From assembly GCF_963921235.1 (NCBI RefSeq), contig NC_086097.1:188854001-188918000 (forward strand): DNA of 64,000 nucleotides, read 5' to 3'. The translations under genes were made by a program, and so were the position numbers. Position 1 is the first letter of the stretch; every line of letters starts with the position of its first letter. Positions 52,094-63,971 of this stretch are shown here, in pieces. The notes beneath the pieces are model-generated. The model had not been told where the DNA came from. It saw nothing but the letters and a program-made list of their open reading frames with translations, and made no database searches. This stretch comes from Mobula hypostoma (taxonomy: Eukaryota).

Positions 52094-54138
52094 ATGAATC
52101 TGCTCTTTAGTGTTAGTGGGAATACTGTCAGCGATGTTAGCCAGCGGCCTGAGGAAGGACCACGTCGGCCAGCATTGAAAAAGTACCCTTTGCAACAGTT
52201 TGGCAATCAGCAAAGGAGTTTTATTCATGGCTGGTTTGACCTGTACTCCTGGTTGGAATATTCGATCACGAAAGATACTACGTTCTGCTTCGCATGCAGG
52301 CATTTCCTGTGTGGAGGACATGGGTTCCATTCTGAGTCTACCTTCACTATCACCGGTTACCGCAACTGGCGGAAAGCTACAACAGCTTTGAAAACCCACC
52401 ATGTAAGTGCAGCTTATAAGTTTGCTATGGAGGCATGGGCCGAATTCAGATTGAGAAAACAAGACGGTTCAAGATTGGGAAATATGCTTGATAAATGACA
52501 TGCAAAGATTGTCCAAGAAAATCGTGGGTATATGAGAGCAGTGGTTGTGTCTCTACGCTATACTGCGTGACAAGGCATTGCCCAGCGAGGACACCAGAGG
52601 ATGATGGATCTGGCAATAGGGAAAACTTTGTTGAGTTGCTCAGTGTAATTGGGAAGTTTGATAAGACTGTAGCTAAAAAAAAAGAGGACAATCCTGGAAA
52701 TGCAAAGGACACCCATCACTGTATCCAAAATGAAATTATAGGTATTATGGCAGATATGGTCAGACGTCAAAGAAGTGCAGAAATCAGGGAAGCTGGATAT
52801 TTTGCCATCATGGTCGATGAAAGTAAAGACTTGAGTAAAAAAGAGCAAATATCAGTGGCGGTGTGGTATTTGAATAACGAAACAGTGCTTGAAGAATTCA
52901 TGCACTTCACTCCAGCAGAAGGGTTGGACACTGAGTCGCTTCTTAAAAGCGTTGAACAGACACTCGCCCAGTGTGTTATTGATAAGAACGCGTGTATAGG
53001 TCAGTGTTATGACGGGGTGGCAGTGATGTCCGGGTGCAATAACAGAGTACAAGAGAGGTTCAGGAAAGAGGTCCCCAGGCATTATATATACACTGCCATG
53101 TTCACAGACTTAACCTTGTTTTAGTGGATGTTGTGAGCAATGTATAACGAGCAGGTGAGTTTTTTGAAACTGTGCAGCTGCTTTACAACTTCTTTTCAAA
53201 CTCTGTTGCCCACGATCTTTTCATGAAGAAACAGAGAGAACTGGAATCAACTGCACAGCCTGTTGAGTTGAAGAAATTGTCAGAAACATGCTGGGCATGG
53301 CAGTATACAGCTTTGTGGGCTATAAGGAAATCACTCCCTGCCATTCTAGCTACACTACAGGATATTATGGGTCAACCAAATGCACGGAGGAAAACGGAGG
53401 CCAGAGCTGTAAATGGATTGATTGACAAGCAGTTTGCTTTACTTCTCACTCTGTTTGAGGATTTATTCCGAGTCACCAAGTTCATGTCAGACCAGCTACA
53501 ATCTCCCAGTTTGGAGCTTTCATCTGCTGTGGACTTGGCTCAGTCTGTTATCAATGCACTCTCAGCAAAATGGGGAGAGGAATCATGGAGTGAAATTCAG
53601 GGAAGAGCTAGGGACTTGTGTGTCAAGGCCGGTATACAGAGCACATGAAAGGAGACAGGCCCAGCACCCCGCTGCCTACATGATTTTGTTGTTCAGGCAT
53701 AAACTGAACACACCTGTCACATCCTCTGATGATTGTCTTTGGTCAATGGCCCAATACTATGGAGTGACTGAAGTGAACCTGACTGCAGAGCTACATCAGG
53801 TTCGGTGTCTGCTGGAAACAAAACAAAAGCAAGGACAGACAGTGAATGACACAGTGGAATTTCTAGCTCCAATGAGACCCTACCGCAATGCACTTATAGA
53901 TTTATGCAAACAGATCTGCATATCACTGATTCTACCTGTGACATCTGCCTCATGCAAACGGAGTTTCTCTTGCCTCAGATGCCTCAAAAACTACCTAAGG
54001 AATAGCAGCGGCGATGCTTGGAACAGCAACTTGGCCCTGTTGGCCATAAACAGCCGGAGGACCAAAGCACTTGACATCCAGAAAATCATTGATGCTTTCA
54101 CTACCAATCACAACAACAGATGGATTGTTCTTCTCTGA
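52094..54138 (+). pseudogene. hAT transposase pseudogene (TTF-type Zn finger, DUF4371-like, DDE core, C-terminal dimerisation domain)
   Basis: WLEYSITKDTTFCFACRHF, YFAIMVDESKD, GQCYDG, YIHCHVHRLNL, LSETCW and PVTSASCKRSFS (expected ERSFS); several stops and frameshifts. Confidence 0.9.
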
Positions 54139-55259
54139 AAACTTCAATGCTGAGTGCAGTTAATTTTTAAAAAAATTTGGGCCAAGACTAATGCTGAATA
54201 TTATTACTATTATTTTGTGGTGGATACCCCATAGTCCTCATGTTTCCTGCAAATCTTAAAATATTACACTTACTGCTATTAAGCCTACTGGTTTTACTTA
54301 GACCTCCAAGCGGTGATTCTGTTGATTTTTGTTTTAAATTCAGTAGCTGAATTAATTGAGGTATTGCATGGTCAGAGTACGATTTGTCCAACTCCTGGTA
54401 AAGCCTTGCATCTGTTGTTTGCCTTATTTGACTTTAATAATGGTGTATCTTTTGGCATTGTCTGTCTATGTATTGTGAATAGCAGTGGACGTTGTGGGTT
54501 AGTGTTGTGTTTTTCAGTTGAAAAGGACACATTTGACGCTGATTGCGGGATTGGTGCGTGATTCACATTGTGCGCTGTGGGTCAGATGCTCTGTTGGTTT
54601 GTTTGTTTATGCTCTGTGTAGCTCAGGTTGTGTCCGATGTTGTTGACACTGTCACAGTTCACTTCCATATTATATCTATCAATTGCTGTTGCTTGTGAAT
54701 CAACAGCGGCATTTATAGCAGGCACATAATGCTTGAAACTGACTTTTGAACGCCATGCGTCTGGCCTTGTGAATACATATTACCATACAGTATATCCCTT
54801 AGCACCATCACTGAATCATTCAGCCCCACTGTAGCACCAGCAAGAAAAAATCTCTGGCGCTGCCACTGAATTGGTTGCATAACTTTACACATTGTGAAAA
54901 AAGAAATTCATTCTCTATCTGTACAATCATAAAAATGTTGAATTTACAGTATATGATACCTTTCTTATGTTGAAATATTCCAAAGCACTTCACAGGAGAG
55001 TTACCAAATAGAATTTAGCAACTAACTATAAAGAGATATCACAGTTGCTGACCAAAACTTTATATTCAAAACACCTGAAATGTGGGGAGGTAGAAGGCAA
55101 TAAATTCAAATGGATTTCCAGTGTAGTGTCTAAACACTAAAGAACAACTATCAAAAGCATCACAGGCAGAATATTTGCATGAATTATTGCTGACATCTTT
55201 ATTGCTGAATTGCAATGAAGTTGAACAGATTGTGCACAGATTTAGTTATGGAGGGATAA

Positions 55260-55539
55260 TTTGGGAACAGTTTCTTTCCAACTGTGATAAGACTGCTGAA
55301 CGGATCCTGACTTGGATCTGGGCCGTACCCTCCAAATATCCAGACCTGCCTCTCAATTTTTTTGCACTACCTTACTTTCCCTTTTCTATTTTCTATTTAT
55401 GATTTATAATTTGAATTTTTAATACTTACTATCGATTTGTACTCCAGGGAGCGCAAAGCGCAGAATCAAATATCACTGTGATGATTGTACGCTCTGGTAT
55501 CAATTGGTTGGCGACAATAAAGTATAAAGAATAAAGTAT
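55260..55539 (+). mobile_element. Young Rex1/Babar-like LINE 3' end, same family as 43271-43945
   Basis: Near reverse complement of 43271-43567 with the same AAAGTAT tail. Confidence 0.9.
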
Positions 55540-55944
55540 TTTGTGGCGGTGCCAGGGAGTTGAGGGTCAGGTTAGGGTTTAGTGAAGGGATGAGGAGGAG
55601 CTAGGGTTTAGAGGCAGTCAATGAAGAGTTAAGGGAAGGAGCTGAATTTCGGTGTCCAGGTCAGTGCGCTGAGTGGTCAAAAGGCCAATTATCCAACGTT
55701 CAGATTGGCAGATGCTGAGGACAGAGACCAATAATTCCCAAGTCAGAAGACCATACAGGTAGGCAGCATGAGGGCCAGTAACCCCTCAGGTTGCCTAGCC
55801 CCAGGGATGGAAGTCCATGCGGACAGGAGAAACAGGGTCCGGTGACCTCCTGAGGTCAGCAAGTCCCTGGGTCAAAGGTGTATGAAAGCCCAGTTGCCAA
55901 AGCCCCATGATTGGCGAGTTCTGGTGTCGAGGTCAAAGTCCCAT

Positions 55945-57915
55945 GAATCAGAATCATATTTAATATCACTAGCATATTCGTGAAATTTGCTGTTTTGCAG
56001 CAGCAATAGATTTCCATACATGCTAATAAGTAACTATAAATTACAATTAAGAAATATATTTTTAAAAATTAAAGTAGTGCAAAAAGGAAAAAAGGTGAGG
56101 TAGTGTGGGTTTATTGTCCATTCAGAAATCATATAATACAGAGGAAAAAGCTGTTCCTAATGTATTGAGTGAGTGTCATCAGACCTATGAAACTCCTTCA
56201 TATTAGCAATGAGAAGTGGGCATGTCCTGGGTTATAAGGGTCCTTAATGATGGATGCTGCCTTTTTGAGGCATCACTTTTTCAAGATGTCCTGGATGCTG
56301 AGGAGGCTAGCACTCCTGATGGAGCTGGCAGAGTTTAGAACTTTCTGTAGCTTTTTCCAGTCCTGTACAGTTACCCCTCCATACCAGATGGTGATGCAAC
56401 CGGTTAGAATGCTCTCCATAGTACATTTGTAGAAATTTGTGAGTCTTTGGTGTCATATCAAATCTTCTCAGGCTCCGAATGAAATATAGCCACTACCATA
56501 CTTTCTTTGTAATTGTATCAATATGTTGGGTCCAGGATCAATCTTCAAACATGCTGACATCTAGGAATTTGAAACTACTCGTGCTTTCCACTGCTGATCC
56601 CTCAATGAGGACTAGTCAGTGTTCCCTCGATTTCCCCTTGAAAAAGTCCACAATCAATTCCTTGCTCTTAATGATGTTGAATGCAAGATAGTTGTTGCGA
56701 CACCACTCAACGAGCTGATCTATCTCTCTCCTGTACGCATCCTCATCCCCATCTGAAGTTCTGCTAATAGCTGTGTCATTGGCGAATTCATGGATGGAGT
56801 TTGAGTTTTGCCTAGCCACACAGCCGTGGATGTAGAGACAGTAGAGCATTAGGATAAGCACATATCTTTGAGTTATTCCACAGTGGATTGTCAGTGAGGA
56901 GGAGATGTTGTTTCTGATCCACACTGTCTGTAGTCTCCTGATGAGGAAGTCAAGAATTCTGTTGCAGAGTGGGGGTACAGAGGCCCAGATTTTCAAGTTT
57001 GTTGATGAGTACAAAGGGGATGATGATGACAACTGCTGAACAGAAATCAACAAACAGCAGCCTGATGTAGGTATTTCTGTCATCCAGGTGATCCGTACCT
57101 GAGTGGAGAGCAAGTGAGATTGCATCTACTGTAGATCTATTGTGGCGATAGACAAATTACAGTAGGTCCAGGTCTTTGCTTAAGTAGGAGTTGATTCTGG
57201 CCATGAACAACTGCTCAAAGCACATCAGCACAGTAGATGTGAGTGCAATCAGTCTATAGTAATTGAGACAGCTCACCCGCATCTTCTTGGGCACAGGTAT
57301 AATTGTTGTCCTTTTGTAGCAGGTGGGGACCTTTGACTGCAGCATTGAGAGTTTGAACCCACCAGAGGGTCGCATAAGTTTTCAGTACCCTACCAGGACT
57401 GATGCCTTGTGAGAGCTCATGCTCTCAAAAGAAACGTTGGTGTCAGCAGGGATTCACACGGTGTAGTTTCGAAGCATGAATAAAAAGCATTGAGCTTATC
57501 TGGGAACGAAGCATCACAGCCATTCATAATGTTAAGTTTCACCTTGTGGGAAGTAATGGCCTGCAAATCCTGTCAGAGCTGACATGCATCCAATTCCATC
57601 TCTAACTTCAATCGAAATTGTCTTTTTGCTCTTAACAATAGCCTTCTATAGGTTGTACCAGGACTACTTCCATAGCTCTGGATCACCGGTCGTGAATGCC
57701 ACAGATCTAGCCCTCAGCAGACTACAAATTTTCTGGGTCATCCACAGCTACTTTTTGTCTGGTACATTCTCGAAGGCACACACTGAACCAATAGGTCTTG
57801 ATGAAGTTGATGGCAACTGGGCTGTATTCATTCAGATTTGGAGATGAATCCCTGAATATTGTCCAGTCCACCCATTCAAAGCAGCCCTGTAAGTACTCCT
57901 CTGCCTCTCTTGACC
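55945..57915 (-). mobile_element. Old Rex1/Babar-like LINE remnant, apparently inserted in another repeat (about 55545-58345)
   Basis: LQGCFEWVDWTIF, IIPVPKK..SCLNYYRLIALTS, ILDFL and FNIIKSKELIVDF. Confidence 0.82.
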
Positions 57916-59749
57916 TCACCAATCAAAGTCCTGGTGTCCAAATTGAGTCCAGAGTTAGAAGCCCAAAGTTGGAGATTCCAGAGGTCAAGGCACAAATATC
58001 AAAGCCGCATGAGTCAACATGTCAGGAAGTCAAAGGCTCTATGTTTGTGAGTCTGAGAGTCTGTGACCTAGGACTGGAGGCCCAGAGGCAGCCTATGCTG
58101 GAGTTGGAGACTGTGTGAGTGGATGACTGGTGACAGTGGGGAATAGGTGCATGCTTTTCTGTTGCTGTTCTGTTTTGTTGTTGCTCATGTTGTTTTGCTG
58201 AACACTGTGGGCATGCTATGTGAGTGTTGGAATGTGTAGCCAGTCCTGAGGGCTGCCCCAGGACACCTTTAGATGTGTTGTTTTAAAAAATACAAACCTC
58301 TCATTTCACTGTAAGCTTCGATGTACATGTGATAAATTTGAATCTATTTTCAGCCATTGAATTAGGTAGAGGATTGCCAACATTTCTGCTTATTTTGTTT
58401 ACGTTTTAGTTGACTGCATTTTGATTAGCTGTTTGCAATTGTATAGCATAATCTGACAGTGAATTTCCAGAGGATCTCCTTTTTCCGGCATGTCTTGTTG
58501 GGTTTATACTAACTACTCTTGCTGGTTTTGATTCATGCTGTAAATATATTGAGTTTGGGCCTATCTCCCTTTGTATGTGGAAAATGTGAATGCTAAAACT
58601 ATGAATTTAAGTTTCACTTATTTGTTTAATTGTACTAAAATTAGGTAAAATTGATAGAAATAACAAATGCTACTTTTTTTGTAGTTAGTAACTTGTTTCA
58701 ATCCAATTCTGCTAGTCAGGTTGAAAATATAGTGTCCTCTGTCCTCAACTTCAGAAGCAGCAAATAGTATAGGAAAGCTACTGCACTGATTCACCCTCAA
58801 AAGGCTCTCAGTATATGATGAGAATTTCCTTTTGCAATTACTGCTGTTTGAGTAATGAGGGTGAAGAGGAGTTTTATTTCAATTTTTAAAGTAACGAAGG
58901 ATTTTTATAGAATAAATAGAATATAAGTATCACCACTGCCAAGAAGATGAAAATTAGTGTATGTAGTTAAATAAATGAGCAGTGATTAGGGAAAAATTAT
59001 TTTGAGGAGTTGCGAAAGAATAAAACATATTACCAAATGGGCTAGGCAGGGAAATATTTGCACAAGGGAATAACATTTCCATTCCATTCAGAATTAGTTG
59101 GTTCTGCCTCTTGCTCCTTCAAATTACGGAAAATGAAGGAACTATTCTGTTTTGTTGTTACCAGTATTTATTTATTGGTTCCATCCTCAGCATTTTCTTT
59201 ATTACTTCCTGCTGAACATCAATCACATTGAATCTGTTTACCCAATTCAAATTCACTAGAACTCCGGTTCTAGTACCCAGGTGACAGTGGTCACCTATTA
59301 TTCTATTTTTTTAGTTTAATACTGTCCACACATTTTGAAAAAAGCAAATATTTAGTTTAAGACCTTCAGTTAAACCACTTTTACTAAACATTAAAACTCA
59401 GTGAAGAGCGGCCATCAAGTATTGTAAGTGTGCTGTTGATAGACTGACAAAGGTCAACAATTATGTTGCAACAGGTTATTTGTCTAACCTGTTTCCTCAC
59501 CAAAGAGATGATCTATTAATTAACTCTAAATATTTCCGCCTATTCTTCAACTGTTACTTACATAAATATTCTAAGTTTTGGTACCAGTATCCTTACTTTA
59601 AATCCTGTTCCTCATCCTGGATACTAAGAGTGGAATTTATCCTTTCTGTTCCTTTCAACTATTGAAAGCATCATTCAAACTATCTTTTCACCATTCAAAT
59701 GCCATGGTGTACAACCCTTGACTAGTCACTTTGTATAGCAAACCATTAA

Positions 59750-60295
59750 ATGGCAGAGAAACCATGGAGAGTGCCCTGTCTGGCTGCATCATTGTGTGGT
59801 ACAGAAGCTGCAAGGCAGAGGACTGCAGGCCCTAAAGTAGACAGTAAAAACTGTCGCGAGGATCAGCGGGGGTCTCCCTCTCTCCATTTGTGATATTTAC
59901 AGGGTATGTTGCAGACGAAGGGCCCAAAGCATCGTTGAGGATCCCCACTACCATCTCACAATCTCTTTGACACACTCCCGTCAGTCAGGAAGGAGGTACA
60001 GAAGCATCAGGGCTAGGACCAGGAGACTGAGTAACAGCTTCTTCCCTCAGACTGTGAGATGAATGAGTACCCTGACACCAGCGAGGTCTTGTCACTAGGT
60101 CAGCAAGATGTTCATCTGTACTGTATTTTTCTACATGCATTTTGAATTATTTTTATTGACTTATTTATATAATAATATTTTGGTTTATGTTCTGTGTGTG
60201 ATATATGTTGTGTGGGTGCACCGTAGTCTGGAGGAACATTGTTTCCTTTGGTTGTATAAATGTACAGTCAGACGACATTAAAATTAAACATGAAA
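59750..60295 (+). mobile_element. Old Rex1/Babar-like LINE 3' remnant
   Basis: ESALSGCIIVWY and GxRYRSIRARTRRLSNSFFPQTVR-like remnants. Confidence 0.7.
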
Positions 60296-60540
60296 TGATA
60301 TAAACACACTGTCACTACAATGTTTTTGTGGGATAGTGCTGTGGTAAAGGCTTAGACAATTAAATGAACAGCTTGCACATCTAACATCCTAAATGTCCCT
60401 TTAATGGCTACATGTGGAACGCTATCTGCAATATTTCTAACTATAGGTACTCTGGGAGGACAGGTTCTAGATAATGACCTTTCATTTTATTATTTAATTC
60501 AGCTTTAAAATTCACATGCATGCCTACTTTGTATCTGTAT

Positions 60541-61071
60541 GAGTACTGTACTGTGCTCAGTTCTGGTCGCCTCACTACAGGAAGGACGTGGAAGCCATAG
60601 AAAGGGTGCGGAGGAGATTTACAAGGATGTTGCCTGGATGGGGAGCATGCCTTATGAGAATATATTGAGTGAACTCGGCCTTTTCTCCTTGGAGCGACGG
60701 AGAATGAGAGGTGACCTGATAGAGGTGTATAAGATGATGAGAGGCATTGATCGTGTGGATAGTCAGAGGCTTTTTCCCAGGGCTGAAATGGTTGCCACAA
60801 GAGGACACAGGTTTAAGGTGCTCGGGAGTAGGTACAGAGGAGAAGTCAGAGTAAGTTTTTTACCCAGAGAGTGGTGAGTGCATGGAATGAGCTGCCAGCA
60901 ATGGTGGTGAAGGTGGATACGACAGGGTCTTCTAAGATACTTTTGGATAGGTACATAGAGTTTAGACAAGTAGAGGGCTATGGTAGTAATTTCTAAGGTA
61001 GGGACATGTTCGGCACAACTTTGTGGGCCGAAGGGCCTGTATTGTGCTGTTGGTTTTCTATGTTTCTATGT
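60541..61071 (+). mobile_element. Young CR1 3' end, same family as 9718-11615
   Basis: MRGDLIEVYKMMRGIDRVDSQRLFPRAEM; (TTTCTATG)n tail. Confidence 0.92.
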
Positions 61072-62189
61072 ATCCTTTTCTAATTCTGCCACTGCCCTAC
61101 AACGACTCATTGATCATCAGGGAATAGTTTGAGATCTGCTGCTTTAGTTTCACACTTTTTATAAATGATTGTTTGACAGAGCGTACAAATGGCTGGAGAG
61201 ACTCACACCCCAGCATGCTCCGGTCCACAACATGCCTTCCCACTCTGTCACTGCGGTGCCAGTCATTGGATTACCCCCACTGTTGATGCCGTTCATCCGA
61301 GTTTCTGATAGAAGCGCAATCCCTTTACCATTAAAACCATCATCGCACCAACTTCAACTCGTTTCTCGGGATTTGATAACTGTACAACTTCTCACTTCTT
61401 TCAGGTCATTTGCCCCCTCAAAATAACACTCACGTTTGGATAATCCGCCCGCAACCTCTGAACTGTCACTTATTCGCTTGGTGGTCTCTTGCACTAAGGT
61501 CATGCTCCCACATCTCGGATCCTCTTCACAAAAACAAACCGTTTTATCGTAATAACAACTGCGTTGATATGGCGGAGTTTACTGATAAGAATAAGAAAAC
61601 AAAAGTCAGTGCTCGAATTCTGTAACCAAGCATTTTCTCTCCAAATTGCCCCCATCCTCGCCACCGTTCAGGATGGAAGAATCTTGACCTTACCATCCGT
61701 GTGCAGGGAAGTTCATTCGGAAACTAACACAGAATGCCATTTCCCACTCCTTATTAATCACTGTAGAGCACAATTTATGGAACAAGGTGAGCTGGGATAC
61801 ACGCGCCTTTAGGCACAATGACTAAATGTTTTGACAAATAAAAATAGCAAGTTGCGGGCAACATCTGTGATGTGAGGAACAGAATTAGCTCTCGGTGTTA
61901 ACTGTTTTTCTCCACAAATCAAGTTTGCTCTGCTATGTAATTTTCTGCGCTCTCTGCTTCTTTTCCAGCATCTATTTCTCTTTTTTTGCTTTACCAGTAA
62001 CCTATGATTGAGAAGCGTGGACTCCTTCCTGCGACTCGGCGCACAGCGACTAACAACTGTTATAACCTATAGATAAGAAACTGCAGTAATTGGTATTCAT
62101 TAAAATAAAGAGAATGTTAATTAGGTTATAGGTTGGTCTAAACCGGCTGCTCCCCTCAAAACTAATTTGAGAATTGTTTGCCCGGTTAC

Positions 62190-62416
62190 CTTGCTGTGAC
62201 TTTCGGGTCAAACTTGGCTCGGTACTTTGCCACCTTGGTTTTACTTGCTCCTTCGGGACAACCAGCGTCGCTCTGCCCACTGCCCAGTCCCTTGGATTCC
62301 GCTTTGTGTGGTCCGTCATCACACACCTTGGACTTGCAGTTTACCACCGTCTTCACAAAGTCCACATAGCAGTTCCTCGGCGACTCTGGCAGCACTTTAC
62401 TCGTCCCGCAGCCCAT
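62190..62416 (-). CDS. PSKH2: PSKH-family Ser/Thr kinase, coding exon 1 (MGCGTSKVLPE...VAKYRAKFDPKVTA + AG of Arg); predicted N-myristoylation (G2) and palmitoylation (C3)
   Basis: ATG at 62416 in good Kozak context (GTGATGG). 227 nt ending AG|GTAACC (phase 2). MGCGTSKVLPE and VAKYRAKFDP are PSKH hallmarks. An intron at R|YDIK is the PSKH2 gene structure as I recall it. PSKH family is near certain; the paralogue call is about 0.75. Confidence 0.92.
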
Positions 62417-62448
62417 CACTCGGACATTGTGGAATCAGCTTGCTGCAT
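62416..62448 (-). promoter_or_regulatory. Upstream ORF MQQADSTMSE* whose TGA overlaps the main ATG (TGATG)
   Basis: Minus strand ATG CAG CAA GCT GAT TCC ACA ATG TCC GAG TGA; the A of TGA is the A of the kinase ATG. Assumes this stretch is in the 5' UTR (no pyrimidine-rich acceptor seen immediately upstream). Confidence 0.55.
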
Positions 62449-63431
62449 TTGATCACCGCAGACTGAGATCTCCTCCCTCCGATGAGCGAACACCAGGTAG
62501 CGCCAGTCCTGCTCACCGCATCGCAACACTGCCGCCCTCAAGCGACCAGGCAAGCAAAGGGCACCAGTAATTCAGAAGATCACTTTCCTTCAAAATTGGC
62601 TCAGCGTGGAATAAAGACCAGCCCACTACCCATAACACGTGAGGAGAAGTGCCCGATGATCTAATAACAGATGAGGATATCACCGACAATAAACCCAAGT
62701 GGATGTTACCAACAAAAGACCTGTCTGCATGTTTATGAAGGCATGACATCCTCACTTGGAATATAGCCCCTTGCCTTCAGGGTCGCTGGATCTAAATTCT
62801 GCAACTCTCATCAGGGATGCTCAGTAAACTGGGTCACCAACATCCTTTCAAGGATTAACACATGCTGGCCTTGCAAATTGCACTCATTTCCAGCAAAATA
62901 AACAAATAACAGTTAGTCCATCAAATACAATTTTTTCAGGTGGCATTAAACCATAATAATGCTTGTGATTGCAGAATTTTCTACTTTTAGTTCAATATTC
63001 TAGCATCTGGTGTACTTTGCTTTTGAGCAAATGGAAGAACTTGCTTCTGAAAAATTTGAGTAACACATCTGAAACCAAATTACATGGACTAACAACTCGA
63101 CCTCACCATAATTTCCACATCATTGGCATGTGTACAGATTGTCACTTCAGTGAGTTTTCTACATTTGGACCAACTCCTTAATTATGTTTAATGGCCAAGT
63201 ACACAAAGGAAAGAGAATGAGAAAATAAACTTTGATCATAATTACTGGAGTGGAAAGTGCTAAAGATTTCTGATTGTTTGCCCCACTGGGGGTATTCTGT
63301 TAACCAGCCCCTTCCCTGCAAGTTGGTTTTGATATTAAAAAGGATGAGAGGAGGGAGACAGTTTTCTGAAAAAAAGGGACATAATGTCAGTGAACCTGTG
63401 GTAATCTTATTAGTGTTTCTTAATTTCAATG

Positions 63432-63971
63432 GTGACCTGGTAGCGTAGTGGTCATTTATTTATTTGTTTATTGACGTGGAATAGGTCTTCTGAGCCATGA
63501 TATCTAACAATTCCCCAATTTTATTGCTAGCCACTGACCTACCAACTAGTAAGTCTTTGGAATGTGGGAGGAAACTGGGGCATCCGGAGGAAACCCACGT
63601 AGTCATGGGGAGAATGTACAAACTCTTTACAGGCAATGGTGGGAATTGAACCCTGGTCATCTGTACTATAAAGCCCTGTGCTAATTGCTACAGTACTGTG
63701 CCGCCCTGCTCAACAATTTACAGTACCAGCGACCAGGGTTGACCAGGGTTCAATTCCCACCACTGTCTGTGACGAATTTGTTGTCTTCCCATGGGTTTCC
63801 TCCTTGAGCTCAGGTATCTTCTCACAGTCCAAACACATACCAGTCGTTAGGTTAATTGGTCATTGTAAATTCCCTGTGATTAGGTTAGGGTTAAATTGGG
63901 GGTTGCAGGGCGACATGGGTCGAAGGCCTGAAATGGCCTGTTCTGCGCTGTATCTCAAGAAATAAAAAAAA
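63432..63971 (+). mobile_element. V-SINE/HE1-type SINE (head 63432-63454, body 63710-63971) with a CR1-like tail
   Basis: A box TGGTAGCGTAGTGG, B box GGTTCAATTCC, ggttaattggtcattgtaaatt, tail ggcctgttctgcgctgtatctc and an A-rich end. Confidence 0.78.
63455..63706 (-). mobile_element. V-SINE/HE1-type SINE inserted into the head of another SINE
   Basis: tRNA-like head GGCGGCACAGTACTGTAGCAATTAGCAC, B box GGTTCAATTCC, V-domain GTGGGTTTCCTCCGGATGCCCCAGTTTCCTCCCACATTCCAAAGAC and (AAAT)n tail. Confidence 0.82.

Larger units (their letters stand above)
51420..54868 (+). mobile_element. Nearly complete hAT transposon (Tip100/Zaphod, ZMYM1-like transposase)
   Basis: Perfect 8-bp TSD AATTGGTT (51412-51419, 54869-54876). 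Decayed TIRs CAGGGGTGGTGCTGAG / TCTGGCGCTGCCACTG. TAGCACC subterminal repeats at both ends. Confidence 0.92.
49614..62189 (-). other. Intron 1 of the kinase gene (12.6 kb, GT-AG, phase 2)
   Basis: GT at 62189-62188 and AG at 49615-49614; the split codon AG|G is Arg. Confidence 0.92.
61180..62700. promoter_or_regulatory. CpG-enriched region around the first coding exon (CpG-island-like promoter/5' end)
   Basis: About 20 CpGs counted by eye in 62180-62550, with CpGs retained through 61180-62050, against strong CpG depletion in the other unique intronic DNA. Confidence 0.6.

Noticed and set aside
52094..54138. Nested host gene ZMYM1/THAP12-like
   Set aside because: Stops, frameshifts, TIRs and an 8-bp TSD show a decayed transposon.
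62190..62416. Calling the gene PSKH1
   Set aside because: Overall similarity to PSKH1 is high, but the R|Y intron and SELSVLRRVSH/GDW residues favour PSKH2. PSKH1 is not excluded without a tree or synteny.
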